From Paraspadella gotoi (Eukaryota; Animalia; Chaetognatha): a stretch of DNA of 64,000 nucleotides. The position numbers and the translations under genes are program-made. The DNA lies in contig CM119263.1 in assembly GCA_051294375.1 (NCBI GenBank), positions 24,780,688-24,844,687 of the forward strand, given 5' to 3'. The notes below the pieces were generated by a model that was not told the origin of the DNA, did no database searches, and was given only the letters and a program-made list of their open reading frames with translations. This document shows, piece by piece, positions 35,651 to 48,436 of this stretch. Numbering within the stretch: the first letter of the stretch is position 1; each line of letters begins with the position of its first letter.

Positions 35651-38600
35651 CAAAAAAATTTTTTAGATATAATGTGGGTTCACTAATGTAAAAAACGATG
35701 CCACGAACAGGGCGCGAACCCGGGTCCTTTGGGTAGAGAATAGCTCACGCTACGTGCGGCGCCATAAGTACTGCTGATTTCTTTAACGAGTAAAGGGGCT
35801 GTAGAGCTTCTCTCTCTCTCTTTTAATTATTATATATCGCTCTTCTCTTTCTCTTTTTCTCTGCAGCGGCTGTCTCTCTCTCTCTCTCTTTTTCTCTCTC
35901 TCTCTCTGTCTCTCTGTCTCTCTGTGTGTCTGTCCCTATCTGTCCGATCTTTGCGTGAATCGTTTGTTTTTTGAAAAATTCTGATTATTTTTTTCCTTCT
36001 AAAAACTTTTTATTATTGCCATTTATTCCGCGCTTTTTTTCCAATACAAAAATCCCATATTTTCATCGAGATTTTCGTGGATTTATTCTCTTTCTTTCTC
36101 TCTTCTCCTTCTCTCTCTCTCTTTCTCTCTCTCTTCTCTTCTTTCTTTTCTCTTCTCTCTCTTCTCTTCTCTCTCTCTCTCTCTCTCTCTTTCACTCATA
36201 CACGCATTTGTTTGTTTTATTGACTATCATCGAATCAATGAATGACAATCATCGCATCAATGCAATGACAATCATCGCATCACTGAATGAACTATCATCA
36301 CAGCAGTGAATGACTAATCATCGCATCAATAATTGATTATCATCGAATCAATAATCAATTCCTATTACAATCCAATAAAATTACTATTACATCAATCAAT
36401 TACTATTACCTCAATCAATTACTAGTACATCAACAATTCGTTATCGCATGATTCATTCGTTTTTTTCCGGTTTTTTTCATTAATTTCTATGATAGTGGGG
36501 CTCTGGCTCGATCTGAGTCTTTTAAGATTTTTTTATTTTATGTCTCCTTCTCTCTCTCTCTCTCTCACTCATCTCTCTTTCTCTCTCACTCTCTCTCTCT
36601 CTCTCACTCTCTCTTTCTCTCTCTCTCTCTCTCTTTTTAGCAATAGCGACGATCCTTATGCTTTTAAGATTTTTTAACTTGCATCATTTTTTCAACTGCA
36701 TAATTTTTTCAACTTGCATTCGTCAAAACTTTATATCTAGATTCTTCACTCACTTTCTACGGCTCACAAAATTTCATCTCAATCTATCATGCGTTAAAAT
36801 AAATAAAAAGATTCAAGTAAATGTGACTCATATTTTTTTCATTTAAACTCATTTCCACTGGTACGTTTCCACTGAAACTTTATATCAAGCTTCGTCATAC
36901 GTTTTTCCTACCCACACACAAAATTTCAACTCAATCTATCCATCAATTATGATTAATTGGAGTATTTATTGGTTAAAATAAGTAAAAAGATTTTAGTAAA
37001 TTCGACTTATGTTTTTTCCATTTAAACTAATTTCCACCTCCACGATTCATCGAAATTTTATATCCAGCTTTATCACACACTTTCCTACCACACACACAAA
37101 ATTTAATTCCAATCCAACCAGCCAATCACGAGTTATTGGAGCTTTTTGCTAAGATGGACGGATGGACGGATTGATTGACTAATTAATTAATTATTGATTA
37201 ATTTATTTACTAATTGATTATATTAACTGATTAATTATTTGATTTATAATACATCCTGCAGATACATTTAATATAAAAGGAAAAAGAAGCATAATCAATT
37301 AGTAAAACAGGTTTTTTGTTTTTTTTCCATTTAAACTCATTTCCACTCAAACTATTCCATCGAAACTTGATTTCCTGTTCAATCACACACTTTCCTACCA
37401 CATACAAAATTCCAGGTCAATCAGCCCATCCACTCATGAGCAATTGGTGTTCAAATAGTGAATATATTTTTTTATGTTTTTTCGCATTTAAACTCATTTC
37501 CACTCGGACGATCCATCGAAACTTAATATCCAGCTCAATCACACACTTACCTATCCACACACAAAATTTCATTTAAATCCATCCATCCAATCACGAGTAA
37601 TTGGTGTTTTTTTGCTAAGGTGGGACGGACGGACGGACGGACGGACGGACGGACGGACGGACAGACGGAGGACGGACATCATTTTTTTTTGCATAATTTA
37701 TCATAATTCGATGTCTGACATGATATAAGTGTGTGCCCGACAATATTGAGGGGGCGGAGAACCGACGGACCGAAAAAGTGAGTTATAAAAAAGTGAGTAT
37801 AGAGTCGGGATCTGCCTGATAAGCAGATCCACTAAAAAACTTTATCCTGATTTTTTACCAGATTTGTCGGCAGTCGAAACGCCACCTTTTTTAATGTTAT
37901 TTTTGAAGTCGGTCTGCGATTCGGAAACTCGATACAGTTTAATATTTAATTCTGCCTCATTGGGCAAATTTTCAGAAACGAGGACATTCAATGATGTAAA
38001 TGTAGCGGCTGTTTACTATTGTGGCTTTTTGAAAAAATTATGTTGCTTTTTTAAAGAAAGAAAAAAAGAATATTTTAAAAATATTCTGCTCCAGCTTGAG
38101 AAAGACAGGAACCAAGCGGAAGAGTCGGGCAACGTGAATTTGACAAACGCCCACCGCAAACCAGCGGCTCTCATTAATCATCTCAGTTACCAAATTAATG
38201 ATTTTATTTCCAAAACTATATGTTACGTTATTGGTAAGGATGATAATTCAATCACGACTGGTACATTTTTAAGTTCAGTTCTTTATCTCTTACAACTAAC
38301 CAATAAAAAAAACGTAAATTACAATTTTTATAAAGGAAAAATTCACAAAGTCTGGGTAACTCATGGCTGCGTTCATTTCGTCGATTTGAGCCTCACAGAC
38401 GACGCCTTTGCCTATTCCAAACTGAAGCTGGAAGCAGCGCCACCACCGTCGTCTACATCGTCACTGATGCCTTGTATCGATTGGAATGAAGACAAGGCTG
38501 TCTATCGCCAATATCAAAAATTGATGGAAAGTCTGGCTTACATAACAGGAAAAAACTTGCTCGGGTATCTTGGGGAGACTGTTTCCAGTGTCGCCACACA

Positions 38601-39755
38601 TTACTTCACCAGCTTTTTAAAAAGAAGCACCATCGCCTCTTTTATAAGCCCACCCAGCGAACTTGCGAGACTCATATTTCTTGAGAGTAGATATGGTTAT
38701 CTCATGGCCCAAACTGAAAACAATATTATCCACAAAGATGCAAAATTTAAATCTGTGGTTGAAATGGACGCCACCAAATACTACTGCAACTTGCTCAAAA
38801 AAAGTTCAGTTTTCGTTGGATATCCATTAACTTTCCAGTTATGCAATGATAGTTATGAATTGGTAAATCGTCGATTGTCAAAGAATTCTTTCGCGAATAT
38901 ACTTTTAACGACACTGTCGGTGTACCTAAGGTTGGATATTTCGCACCAAGCCCAATCATTTGAGCTCTGTATGCCTAATCGTAGAATTCGCATTGATGGC
39001 TTCGTAGATAATGCTTTGTTATGCGAACCCGATCAAATTCTACAGATTCAGGGCTGCTATTGGCTCTTGCTCGCAACCCATCCACTACTTACCCGAAAAC
39101 CCCAGCACCACCACCACCCAACAGCCAGTTTCCGGGGATCCTTTTCGACCCCAAGTTTGGAGAGCAAATTGCAAAATGTCAGAAATTGAAACCACGATTC
39201 ACCCTACAAAAAAAATTACCCACAAGGAGGTTCGAGCGGAAACTCAGAGAATAGAAGAGTATATATTAGACGCAATTAGCGGACAAAACAAACTGCACAC
39301 CGATTTGTGAATGTGAGGTAGCAAAGCTGTGGGACGAACCACTGGCAAACGCGGTTAAGTTTTTTAGACTTCCAATTAAGTGCGACGACCCATCCATCTA
39401 TACCAAAATTTCTTCAGGCGAAGCCTTTAAATGTACCTCCGAGGCCCAATTTCCATCGCTAAAATGAAAAATAAATGTTAATAATCTTATCTCGTGCATC
39501 AAGGACCGCGTGATCCAGGGTTACGTAATAGCTTCGCCGAGCTGGGAGAGAAGTCTCAAAAGGTTTTGGGTGAGTTTAGGCCATTTTCCCAAATTGTCAA
39601 TGGTCGACTGACAAATAGCTTTAATTTGGTTAAACAATTAGTCACCACTACCTTTCTGGATTTTTTTATCAGGAAAAAAGAAGACGGGACTTTTCCCGAC
39701 TTTGAAATAACGGCCGTCCATAAAATTTTCTGTTATCAGACAGCCGACGAACAAC
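33828..39755 (+). pseudogene. Protein-primed DNA polymerase B, lineage B, interrupted by a HINE and frameshifts; 3' end in gap
   Basis: ORFs 33828-34043, 34021-35097, 37864-39189, 39011-39310 and 39494 onward align with lineage A polymerase; motif A reads VEMDATKYY. Confidence 0.85.
35086..37835 (-). mobile_element. HINE / DINE-1-like element inserted in the lineage B polymerase
   Basis: The empty site in lineage A is CTAATTAAAAAACTTTATCC (~3446-3465). Here the element sits inside that A run. It shows the subterminal inverted repeat GTCGGATCTGC, a terminal palindrome and (GGAC)n at ~37622-37677. Confidence 0.88.
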
Positions 39756-40088
39756 NNNNNNNNNNNNNNNNNNNNNNNNNTAAATTTTTTTGTCGCTTTC
39801 TTTTTTTTTCTTTGTTTGTAATTAGCTTATACGATTAAATGTATTACTTATTATACATTTCTTTGGAATTTTTTTTTATTCACAAAAAAAAAATTTTGTC
39901 GCTTTCTTTTTTTTCCTTGTTTGTAATTAGCTTAAACGATTATTATATATTTCGTTGGAATTTTTTTTATTTCACCAAAAAATTGCTTGGCGTTTTAGTT
40001 GTTGTCCGATAGAATTATATATATATATATGTACAAGTAAAAGATTTTAATATTTTTTTTTCATTTTTTTCTTCAGATTATCTCTGGT

Positions 40089-41974
40089 ATGATGGCCAAT
40101 CAATTTCCGACGATGGACAACGCCACGGTGCAACTTCTGGATCGTCTGGAGGTCAAGTTGGACCGAATTCTAAACAGCTTGAATGGCTTCAACGATGGCC
40201 ACTTCTCGCGCGGCGGTTCATCATCCCATGGACCGCCTTTCAACGTGAACCAAGGTCCACGACCGACTTTTTCTGGTTTGCCAATGCAAATCCACCCACA
40301 ATTGGCAAACACGAGTCAACCAATGGAACACGTCGATGTGCAATGGCCATCGTTGGCTTCGCTGTGGCGGCCGCATGTCATCGCCACTCAGCAAAACGTT
40401 TTGCAGCAGCAACAACAACAACAGCAGCAGCAGCCACAACAGCAGCAGCAGCATCAACATCAGCAGCAGCAGCCACATCAGCAGCCACAACAGCAGCAGC
40501 AGTATCAGCAGCCACAACAACAGCAGCAGTACCAACAGCAGCAGTACCAGCAGCAGCAGCAGACCAGCAGCAGCAGCAGCAGTACCAGCAGTACCAGCAA
40601 CAGCAGCAGTACCAACAGCAGCAACAGCAAGCGTCTTCTCGTTTGCCCATTTTGGCTCCACAATGGCAAGCCCAACAGCCCGGAGTCCAACATCAATACG
40701 ACACTCTCCCACTCGAACTTGCCATCTATCCATGCCACTCGGTCAATGTCCGAGCTTGGCATGGATATCTCGGTGGCCACCGACGACAATGGAACACTCC
40801 AAGTTGTCGCACCGAGATTTGTCGAAGTCGCGTCGACCGACACATTGGGGGATTTGAGTCAGGAAGAGGCGGCTCAAATCTTAACCGAGATCCAGGAGAC
40901 GCTGCCACAACTACCCGTGGCAGTTTTGGAGGTCCCCCTGTCCGTGGGTGATCAGGTTTCCGTTAGGGAAACGACTGTGTCGGGCTCGGTGGGCTACCCA
41001 GAGTCGACAAATGAATCTGGGTTGGAGGAGCTGATGACGGAGTCGGAGATGATGGCGGAAGAGGAGGCGGAGATGACAAGGATGGAGGCGGAGATTGCAG
41101 AGGTGGAGCGGCGGAGATGGCAGAGGAGGCGGCAGAGATGGCAGAGTTGGAGGCGGCAGAGATGGCAGAGTTGGAGGCGGCGGAGATGGCAGAGGAGGCG
41201 GCAGAGGAGGCGACAGACATGTCAGGGCTGGAGGCAGGAGGTGAGATGGGAGATGGGATGGGCGCGGAGTTGGCAGAGGCAGAGGCGCAGATGCCGGGTG
41301 TAGAAGCGGAGGTGGAGACGATGGGTGCAGAGGCGGAGACGGTGGGTGCAGAGGCGGAGGCGGAGATGGTAGGGGCGAACACGGCGACGATGGCCATCCA
41401 GTCCCAGTCGCTTCGATGGGAAGAACAGAATTGGAGGAGGAGATGGGTCCTTTGGTGGTTGACGAGCTTCGCCGCTTGGTCGAGTTGGGGCACGAAGAGA
41501 TCGATGGTGGTGAAGGTTCCATGGACACCGATGGGGGTAGTTTGCTCGATGGGACATTCAATGAGGATGAGGACGGCACGAATGAGGATCTCGTGATCTT
41601 GGGAGAAGTAAAGCCGACCATGGGTGCGATATTCCTAATCTGTGTGAGTGAATTGCGGAGGCGGGCGTCGGTGGTGTACGACCGGATAAACTTCATCAAG
41701 GAAAACGTGCGCCGTGGCCCGTACATTCTGCGTTGCTACGGTCTAAAGAAAAGGGTCGACAAGCTGGTAGTAGATGCGCGAAAAGTGCTGTCGTACGTTT
41801 GGCCGTTGTTGTGGCGGATGGAGCGCGGGAGTCACGATGAGAGCGCCTACGACGCGTGTAAGGCGTTCGTCGTCGAGGCTGAAACTCGTTTCCCACTCCA
41901 TAGACAGTCTAGTTGACGCGGAAAAACATAAGGACTGCGAAAATAGGAAGAAGTGCAAATACTTCTTTCCTTAG
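40089..41974 (+). CDS. PolyQ / acidic-repeat protein, duplicate copy (frameshifted)
   Basis: Same protein as 9616-11522 with different indels. Confidence 0.65.
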
Positions 41975-42337
41975 ATACAATTTTTCGTTTGTATTAGAAA
42001 TTTTAAATTTTATTAATTAAATTTTTTTATATCGCAGTTAAGGTTCAATTTCTGGAACATTTTAATTTTTTTTTATACCGCTTGATAGTCGTGCTTCGTT
42101 GTCAGATAGTTTGTTTTCTTTCCTTGTTCTTTTTTTTTCTTTGCAATAAGAATAATACTCATGCAAATCTGTTTATCGTCATCATGGCTGTGAATTTTTT
42201 TTAATTTACTTTTACTTATAATCCATTTACACAGATTTAGTCGATTTGTCGTTGTTATCGCTGTAAAGCATAATTGAAAAATATTATCTTCGTTTTTATT
42301 ATATTAAAGTTTTCTTTTTTCAATTTTCCGTTTTGAA

Positions 42338-42676
42338 ATGGAATCTGTCCGATTGCAAATGTTCGAACTAGCTTTCAAAAAGGAGTTACCTAGTCACGTG
42401 TTGTACGAACTACAAAGTCGTAGGAATGAAATTGAGAAACTTAGAAACGAATTGAATTCTCTTGTCGCAAACCTGAACTACGCCAATAGACGGAAAGAGG
42501 AAGTCGAGTCAGTTCTCGTGGAACTCTATCAAGAGTATCGCGGAGTTATGGACAGTCACGACAGGCACCTGGTGGAATCGTTGAAAAATAAAAGAGAATT
42601 GCGCCTCAGTCGAGAGACCCTACCGATAGGCCCACCATTGCGATCTTCTACGCCATTGTTGTCGACGCAACTGTAA
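42338..42676 (+). CDS. Small coiled-coil protein, duplicate copy
   Basis: Translation identical to 8914-9252. Confidence 0.75.
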   Translation: MESVRLQMFELAFKKELPSHVLYELQSRRNEIEKLRNELNSLVANLNYANRRKEEVESVLVELYQEYRGVMDSHDRHLVESLKNKRELRLSRETLPIGPPLRSSTPLLSTQL

Positions 42677-42734
42677 TTCTCGTTTAGTTAAATTTGAAAT
42701 ATTAATTTTATAAACGATTTTGTATTAATTCACC

Positions 42735-43043
42735 ATGACCGAAACTGCGATGTTGGAGAGGTGGGGGGATGGGGTTAGGACGAGTCTCTATTCGGTTGAT
42801 CAACTGGGCTATGAGATGATGGATGAATCGTTGGACCGAAAAGTTAAGCCTGAAATGGAATGGAGAGATCGCGAAATTCGAATGCTGCGGGCAAAAAAAA
42901 AAAAGCTTCAGCTCAAAATCCGTGACATTCAGATCGAGGTTGAATTTTTAGATAACGTTTTTATTTCTAATGTCGAAAAAAATTCCGATAAAATTAAGAA
43001 AAACTTGACAAAACCAAAAACCCGTCACTGTTGCTGTTTTTAA
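42735..43043 (+). CDS. Coiled-coil protein with CCCF C-terminus, intact copy (102 aa)
   Basis: CACCATG start context; ends KPKTRHCCCF followed by TAAATAAA. Confidence 0.7.
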   Translation: MTETAMLERWGDGVRTSLYSVDQLGYEMMDESLDRKVKPEMEWRDREIRMLRAKKKKLQLKIRDIQIEVEFLDNVFISNVEKNSDKIKKNLTKPKTRHCCCF

Positions 43044-43116
43044 ATAAATTAATAATAATTAAATTTATATTTTTCTATGTATTAGTTTAATTTCAATAAA
43101 CACAATAACAATAAAA

Positions 43117-44699
43117 ATGGAGACGGTTTCCACGAAGAGTAAACTTGTGGTGTTTGACGATTCCAAGTTGGCGGATGTACAGGCGACAGACGCGACATTC
43201 GAGCGCTTTAGTGAAATAATGGTGCATCCCACTACTCCGATCACCCCGGAAAGCCAGACGATTAGATTCTTAATCCCCGCAAATTTGTCGAATGAGGTAA
43301 TCATTTATCAATTTAAATGCTTTTTACTTTTATCCACCAAATCACGTAAATATATTTTTGTTTGTCGCACAGATGATTCTTCGATTTTGCAAAATTGGGC
43401 TTCGGGTTAGAATCTATCGAGGAGACAACAATTTAATTGATGCAACCGACGAGCTATCAGTAAATCAATATTTTCCAATCAATATGTTTCGCCATGTAAA
43501 AATAAGTCAACAGGGGATGGAAAAGGGGCGATTTTTTCCATTCAATAGACACGAAACCTACATTCGTTTGATGACCCACTATTCAAACGAAGAGAAAGAG
43601 CAACTACTCTCAGGCGTTGGCTACCAACCAGACACGCCTGGTTTGAGCTCCGATGTCAGTCTAAGGGATCCCATAGTGACATGCTTATGTCAAAAATGTG
43701 ACTGTGTAACCAAAAAGCTTGGAACCGGTCGCCAGATTGCCACCACAACAGAAAAGGCAGCGGCTCTTGACAGAACGAGAGAAGAAATACTGCAATTGAA
43801 CAAGGAAAGGGCCAGCATAAACGAAGGGCTTTGGCTTCGAAGCATTGTTTTAAAAAAATGCATAAAAAGGCCGCTTAACTATCTCTTCCGATCGGCATGT
43901 TGTGTAAATTTTTTTCCACTAACTGCATTCTCCCCGTGCGAGACACATTTACCATCGACTTCGAACTGGAGAATCCAAACAAAGTCTTGATATATGATGA
44001 CAAAGGGGGTGACAAAAGCTACAAGATAGTCATAATTAAGATGTTTCTAATCGTAAACCAAGCCAGCATGAGTTCCCAGCTGAGGGATATGTATCTGTCA
44101 AAAATAGAACAAAATTCGATCGTCAGAACGACGCCTTCATTTAAATTTGTCAGCTTTCAGATATTGGCCAACTCTCAGATTTTTAGACTTAACAGTATTT
44201 TTAATTGGTCAAAGCTATCGCGTTTTATATCAATATTTTTTACCAAAGAGAAAGCCGAATTAGGTAACACACAGACAGCACTTTTTAGTTACCAACACCA
44301 TGGCCTGAGGAGTGCTCGTTTGTATGTGAATGGAACCCGCCACCCCTGTGCGAATTGTATGGGTCTCTAAACCTATCGAATCATTCGATGGACATGAAAT
44401 TGTTGTACCAAAATTTCCTTCGTTGTTACGGCGCGAAAGCTCGGTCAATTACTGAAAAAGTTTACGCGAATGATTTCTTTCTTCTAACGTTTAACCTAAG
44501 CCCAGTACTGACGGACGAGTGGGCGACGACGGAGACCGCTCTGGCGCCGTCGTTGAAGACTGCATTCGGTGGTAGTTTAGATTTGGAGCTACGTTTTGAC
44601 GACGCGTTAACGGAAAACTTAATTTTAAATGTTATTTCATATTTTGATCAAGAGATTAAAATCGATGTCAATGGAATTATTGTCGATGAAGACGAGTAG
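43117..44699 (+). CDS. Major capsid protein, duplicate copy (intron 43297-43372; two 1-nt frameshifts)
   Basis: Same sequence as 6890-8474 apart from homopolymer indels near 43888 and 44345. Confidence 0.85.
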
Positions 44700-44756
44700 A
44701 TTTTACTGACAATCGATGATATGTTTTTCTTTATATCTTAAGTAGATTTATTAAAA

Positions 44757-44975
44757 ATGGCAAGACGACGCAAAACTAAACGCAAAGCGGCGGCCAACAA
44801 ATCGTCAAAGACTGATTGGAAAAAGCGTTTCTTTGGTATGTTGTCGAAGTCCCGAAAGAACAAGAGACGGTCTCGTCGCCGGGGTAAAAGTGCTGCCTCG
44901 AAGAAAACCAGAGGACGACGCCGCAAGCAAAGGTCCAAAGGGAAATGCGCCTTGCAACACATTCTGGATTCCTGA
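44757..44975 (+). CDS. Protamine-like basic protein, duplicate copy
   Basis: Translation identical to 6614-6832. Confidence 0.65.
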   Translation: MARRRKTKRKAAANKSSKTDWKKRFFGMLSKSRKNKRRSRRRGKSAASKKTRGRRRKQRSKGKCALQHILDS

Positions 44976-45341
44976 TAACTAGCTTGATCATCGATAATCA
45001 CGTACGTTTTTTCTAGGGAACAAAAAATGGATGGTCGGTTATCTTTTGGCATCGACATGTTCCCAAAATTAAGAAAAGACATTGAACGCGGGAAATTAAA
45101 TGCAAATTTAATTTATTAAAAGGCGACATAACAGTGCGGGACTCTGGAGGGATGCTACGGGGGAATAACAAACAGCAAAACAAATTAAAATCAATTTAAA
45201 AAAAAATTACGTGATGAGAAAAAACATTGTCATTGGATTTAATAAACAACTAAGAAAAGAATTGCCGACAGAATAAAAATAAAAGTGTCCTTTTTTTTTA
45301 ATATGATCGTGGTTCTGTTTTGCGAATTGACGCGAAATAAA

Positions 45342-46158
45342 CTAATAATCACTAAAAGTTCTCCCAATTTCTTCAAGGGTTAGGTTAGTCAAATTATCCA
45401 AACGCTTATCATAGATACCCGGGCAACGAACCTTTTTTTCATTTGTGTGTGTGTTTATTAATAGCAGTCTATTACTCTTGCCGACGAGTGCCAAATTACC
45501 AACTTGTTCCAATTTGAATACCAGGGCGTTCGATGCGTTGATAAAAGCTACACAGCAATCTCTAGGCTGGAATAACTGACCATACTTCAAACAGAAAATA
45601 TAATCCGTCAAGTGATTTGGGCAGACATGAGGCTTTTGAAACGCGCTAATCTTTAAATTCGCATAGTTTTCGTAATCTTTCTCGTTTAATTCGTTAGTTT
45701 TTAGCCAAAGATCAAGTACTAGTACGGGGTGCAGCATGTAAAAGCAATCGCCTGGGAGTGCATATTCACTCGACAACACAAGAGAGTCACAGTTTGTGAA
45801 AAATAATTCTGTGGTCAAATATGTCCGCAGTTTTAGATAGAAATCCAAGAGCCCGACCTTTCCATCTAATATTAGGTTGTATTGCAGATGGCACAAGTTG
45901 TGAATTTTACTCCAGTCGTTAAAAAAGGCGATGTATGAATTTCCATGTACTAGATTTGCATTTTTAAAACTTTTTAATGAGTTTAAATTTGAAAAATCAT
46001 TTTTATCGATTACTAAGCTGGTGCAATATTTATTTTTATTAAATGAAAATCGCCCAATTAAGGAATTGCTTAATTTTTTTGTAAGTGTCATCAACGAACT
46101 GCCTTTGGGAATCTCCGACTTCATGAGGGTCAACAATTTGTCGCAAGGATATTTAAAT
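45342..46158 (-). pseudogene. C-terminal part of pPolB, duplicate copy
   Basis: Contains KKLSNSLIGRF and FTNCDSL, and fills the N gaps of the first copy. Confidence 0.8.
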
Positions 46159-46545
46159 GAACGCTTTTTCCAATCAGTCTGTGACGATTTCTTGGCGGCT
46201 TTGCATTTGGTTTTGCGTCTTTTTGCCATTTTAAATAAATCTACTTAATATATAAAGTAAAACTGTTATCATTGAATGCCATTAAAAACTACTCGTCTTC
46301 ATCAACAATAATTCCATTTACATCTATTTTAATCTCTTGGTCGAAATATGAAATAACATTTAAAATTAAGTTTTCTGATAGTGCGTTATCAAAACGTAGC
46401 TCCAAATCTAAACTTCCACCGAATNNNNNNNNNNATAACTATATTATTCTTGAGGCTCTGTTGTTGTGTTAGTTTTATAAATGGTTTAACTCGTTTCACT
46501 GTTTGTTATTCACCCATTGCGTCCCTCCAGAGTCCCCGTGAGAGA

Positions 46546-48201
46546 GATAAACGTGGTTAAGTTTTTAAACTTCCAGTAACCACAACGACGCTTCAATCAA
46601 TACAAGATTTCTTTGGGCGAAGCTTTTAAATGTACCGCACGAGGCCCAATTCCCATCACTAAAAAAGAAATAAATGTTAATAACTTCGTCTCGTGCATAA
46701 AGACCGAGTAGTTCAAGGCTATGTAATCGTTTCGGCCGAATTGGGAAGAGGAGTCTCAAAAGGTTTTAGGTGACTTCAAACCCTTTCCCAAATTGTAAAC
46801 GGTCGGGTCAGAAATAGATTTAATTTGATTAAACAATTGTCACAACCACCTTTTTAGAAATTTTTATCAGAAAAGAGACAGATGGACTTTCCCCGACTTC
46901 GAATAACGACCGTCCATAAAATTTTCTGTTATCGGACAACTGACGAACAACCATTTAAATATCCTTGCGACAAATTGTTGACCCTCATGAAGTCGGAGAT
47001 TCCCAAAGGCAGTTCGTTGATGACACTTACAAAAAATTAAGGCAATTCCTAATTGGGCCGATTTTCATTTTATAAAAATAAATATTGCACCAGCTTAGTT
47101 AATCGATAAAAATGATTTTTCAAATTTAAAAACTCATTAAAAAGTTTTAAAAATGCAAATCTAGTACATGGAAATTCATACATCGCCTTTTTTAACGACT
47201 GAGTAAAATTCACAACTGTGCCATCTGCAATACAACCTAATATTAGATGGAAAGGTCGGGCTCTTGGATTTCTATCTAAAACTGCGGACATATTTGACCA
47301 CAGAATTATTTTTCACAAACTGTGACTCTCTTGTGTTGTCGAGTGAATATGCACTCCCAGGCGATTGCTTTTACATGCTGCACCCCGTACTAGTACTTGA
47401 TCTTTGGCTAAAAACTAACGAATTAAACGAGAAAGATTACGAAAACTATGCGAATTTTAAAGATTAGCGGCGTTTCAAAAGCCTCATGTCTGCCCAAATC
47501 ACTTGACGGATTATATTTTCTGTTTGAAGTATGGCCAGTTATTCCAGCCTAGAGATTGCTGTGTAGCTTTTATCAACGCATCGAACGCCCTGGTATTCAA
47601 ATTGGAACAAGTTGGTAATTTGGCACTCGTCGGCAAGAGTAATAGACTGCTATTAATAAACACACACACAAATGAAAAAAAGGTTCGTTGCCCGGGTATC
47701 TATGATAAGCGTTTGGATAATTTGACTAACCTAACCCCTTGAAGAAATTGGGAGAACTTTTAGTGATTATTAGTTTATTTCGCGTCAATTCGCAAAACAG
47801 AACCACGATCATATTAAAAAAAAGGACACTTTTATTTTTATTCTGTCGGCAATTCTTTTCTTAATTGTTTATTAATCCAATGACAATGTTTTTTCTCATC
47901 ACGTAATTTTTTTTTTAAATTGATTTTAATTTGTTTTTGCTGTTTGTTTATCCCCGTAGCACCCTCGAGTCCGCACTGTTAGTCGCCTTTTAATAATTAA
48001 ATTTGCATTTAATTTCCCGCGTTCAATGTCTTTTCTTAATTTTGGGGAACATGTCGATGCCAAAAGATAACGACCATCCATTTTTTGTTCCCTAGAAAAA
48101 ACGTACGTGTTATCGATGATCAAGCTAGTTTATCAGGAATCCAGAATGTGTTGCAAGGCGCATTTCCCTTTGGACTCTGCTTGCGGCGTCGTCCTCTGGT
48201 T
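46546..48201 (+). repeat. Third, indel-rich copy of lineage A ~5018-6682 (pPolB C-terminus and downstream)
   Basis: Collinear direct repeat with many single-base indels. Confidence 0.85.
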
Positions 48202-48228
48202 NNNNNNNNNNNNNNNNNNNNNNNNNGG

Positions 48229-48377
48229 GCTTTCTTCGAAGCTGCGCTTTTACCCCGACGACGAGACCGTCTTTTGTTTTTTTTTTACTTCGACAAGAGG
48301 CCAAAGAAACGCTTTTTCCAATCAGTCTGTGACGATTTCTTGGCGGCTTTGCATTTGGTTTTGCGTCTTTTTGCCAT
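48229..48377 (-). pseudogene. Protamine-like basic protein, lineage B (in-frame TAA; 3' end in gap)
   Basis: MAKRRKTKCKAAKKSSQTDWKKRFFGLLSK*KKNKRRSRRRGKSAASKK. Confidence 0.6.
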
Positions 48378-48436
48378 TTTAAATAAATCTACTTAATATA
48401 TAAAGTAAAACTGTTATCATTGAATGCCATTAAAAA

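Larger units (their letters stand above)
32382..39755. mobile_element. Endogenous virus lineage B, polymerase side
   Basis: Collinear with ~884-5428 of lineage A but with many substitutions, mostly frame-preserving. Confidence 0.85.
39781..46158. repeat. Inverted near-identical duplicate of lineage A ~5430-11835
   Basis: Reverse complement with identical ORF translations. Starts at an N gap and ends at a chimeric junction with lineage B sequence. Confidence 0.9.

Noticed and set aside
39781-46158. Large inverted repeat as the terminal inverted repeat of a giant element
   Set aside because: It contains internal genes (MCP, part of pPolB), starts at a gap and ends mid-gene, so it is not a Polinton-type TIR.
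45342-46229. 295-aa ORF appearing to fuse a basic N-terminus to the polymerase C-terminus
   Set aside because: It is a chimeric junction at ~46158 between lineage B basic-protein sequence (a copy of ~48308-48572) and the inverted lineage A polymerase, close to an N gap. Most likely an assembly join.
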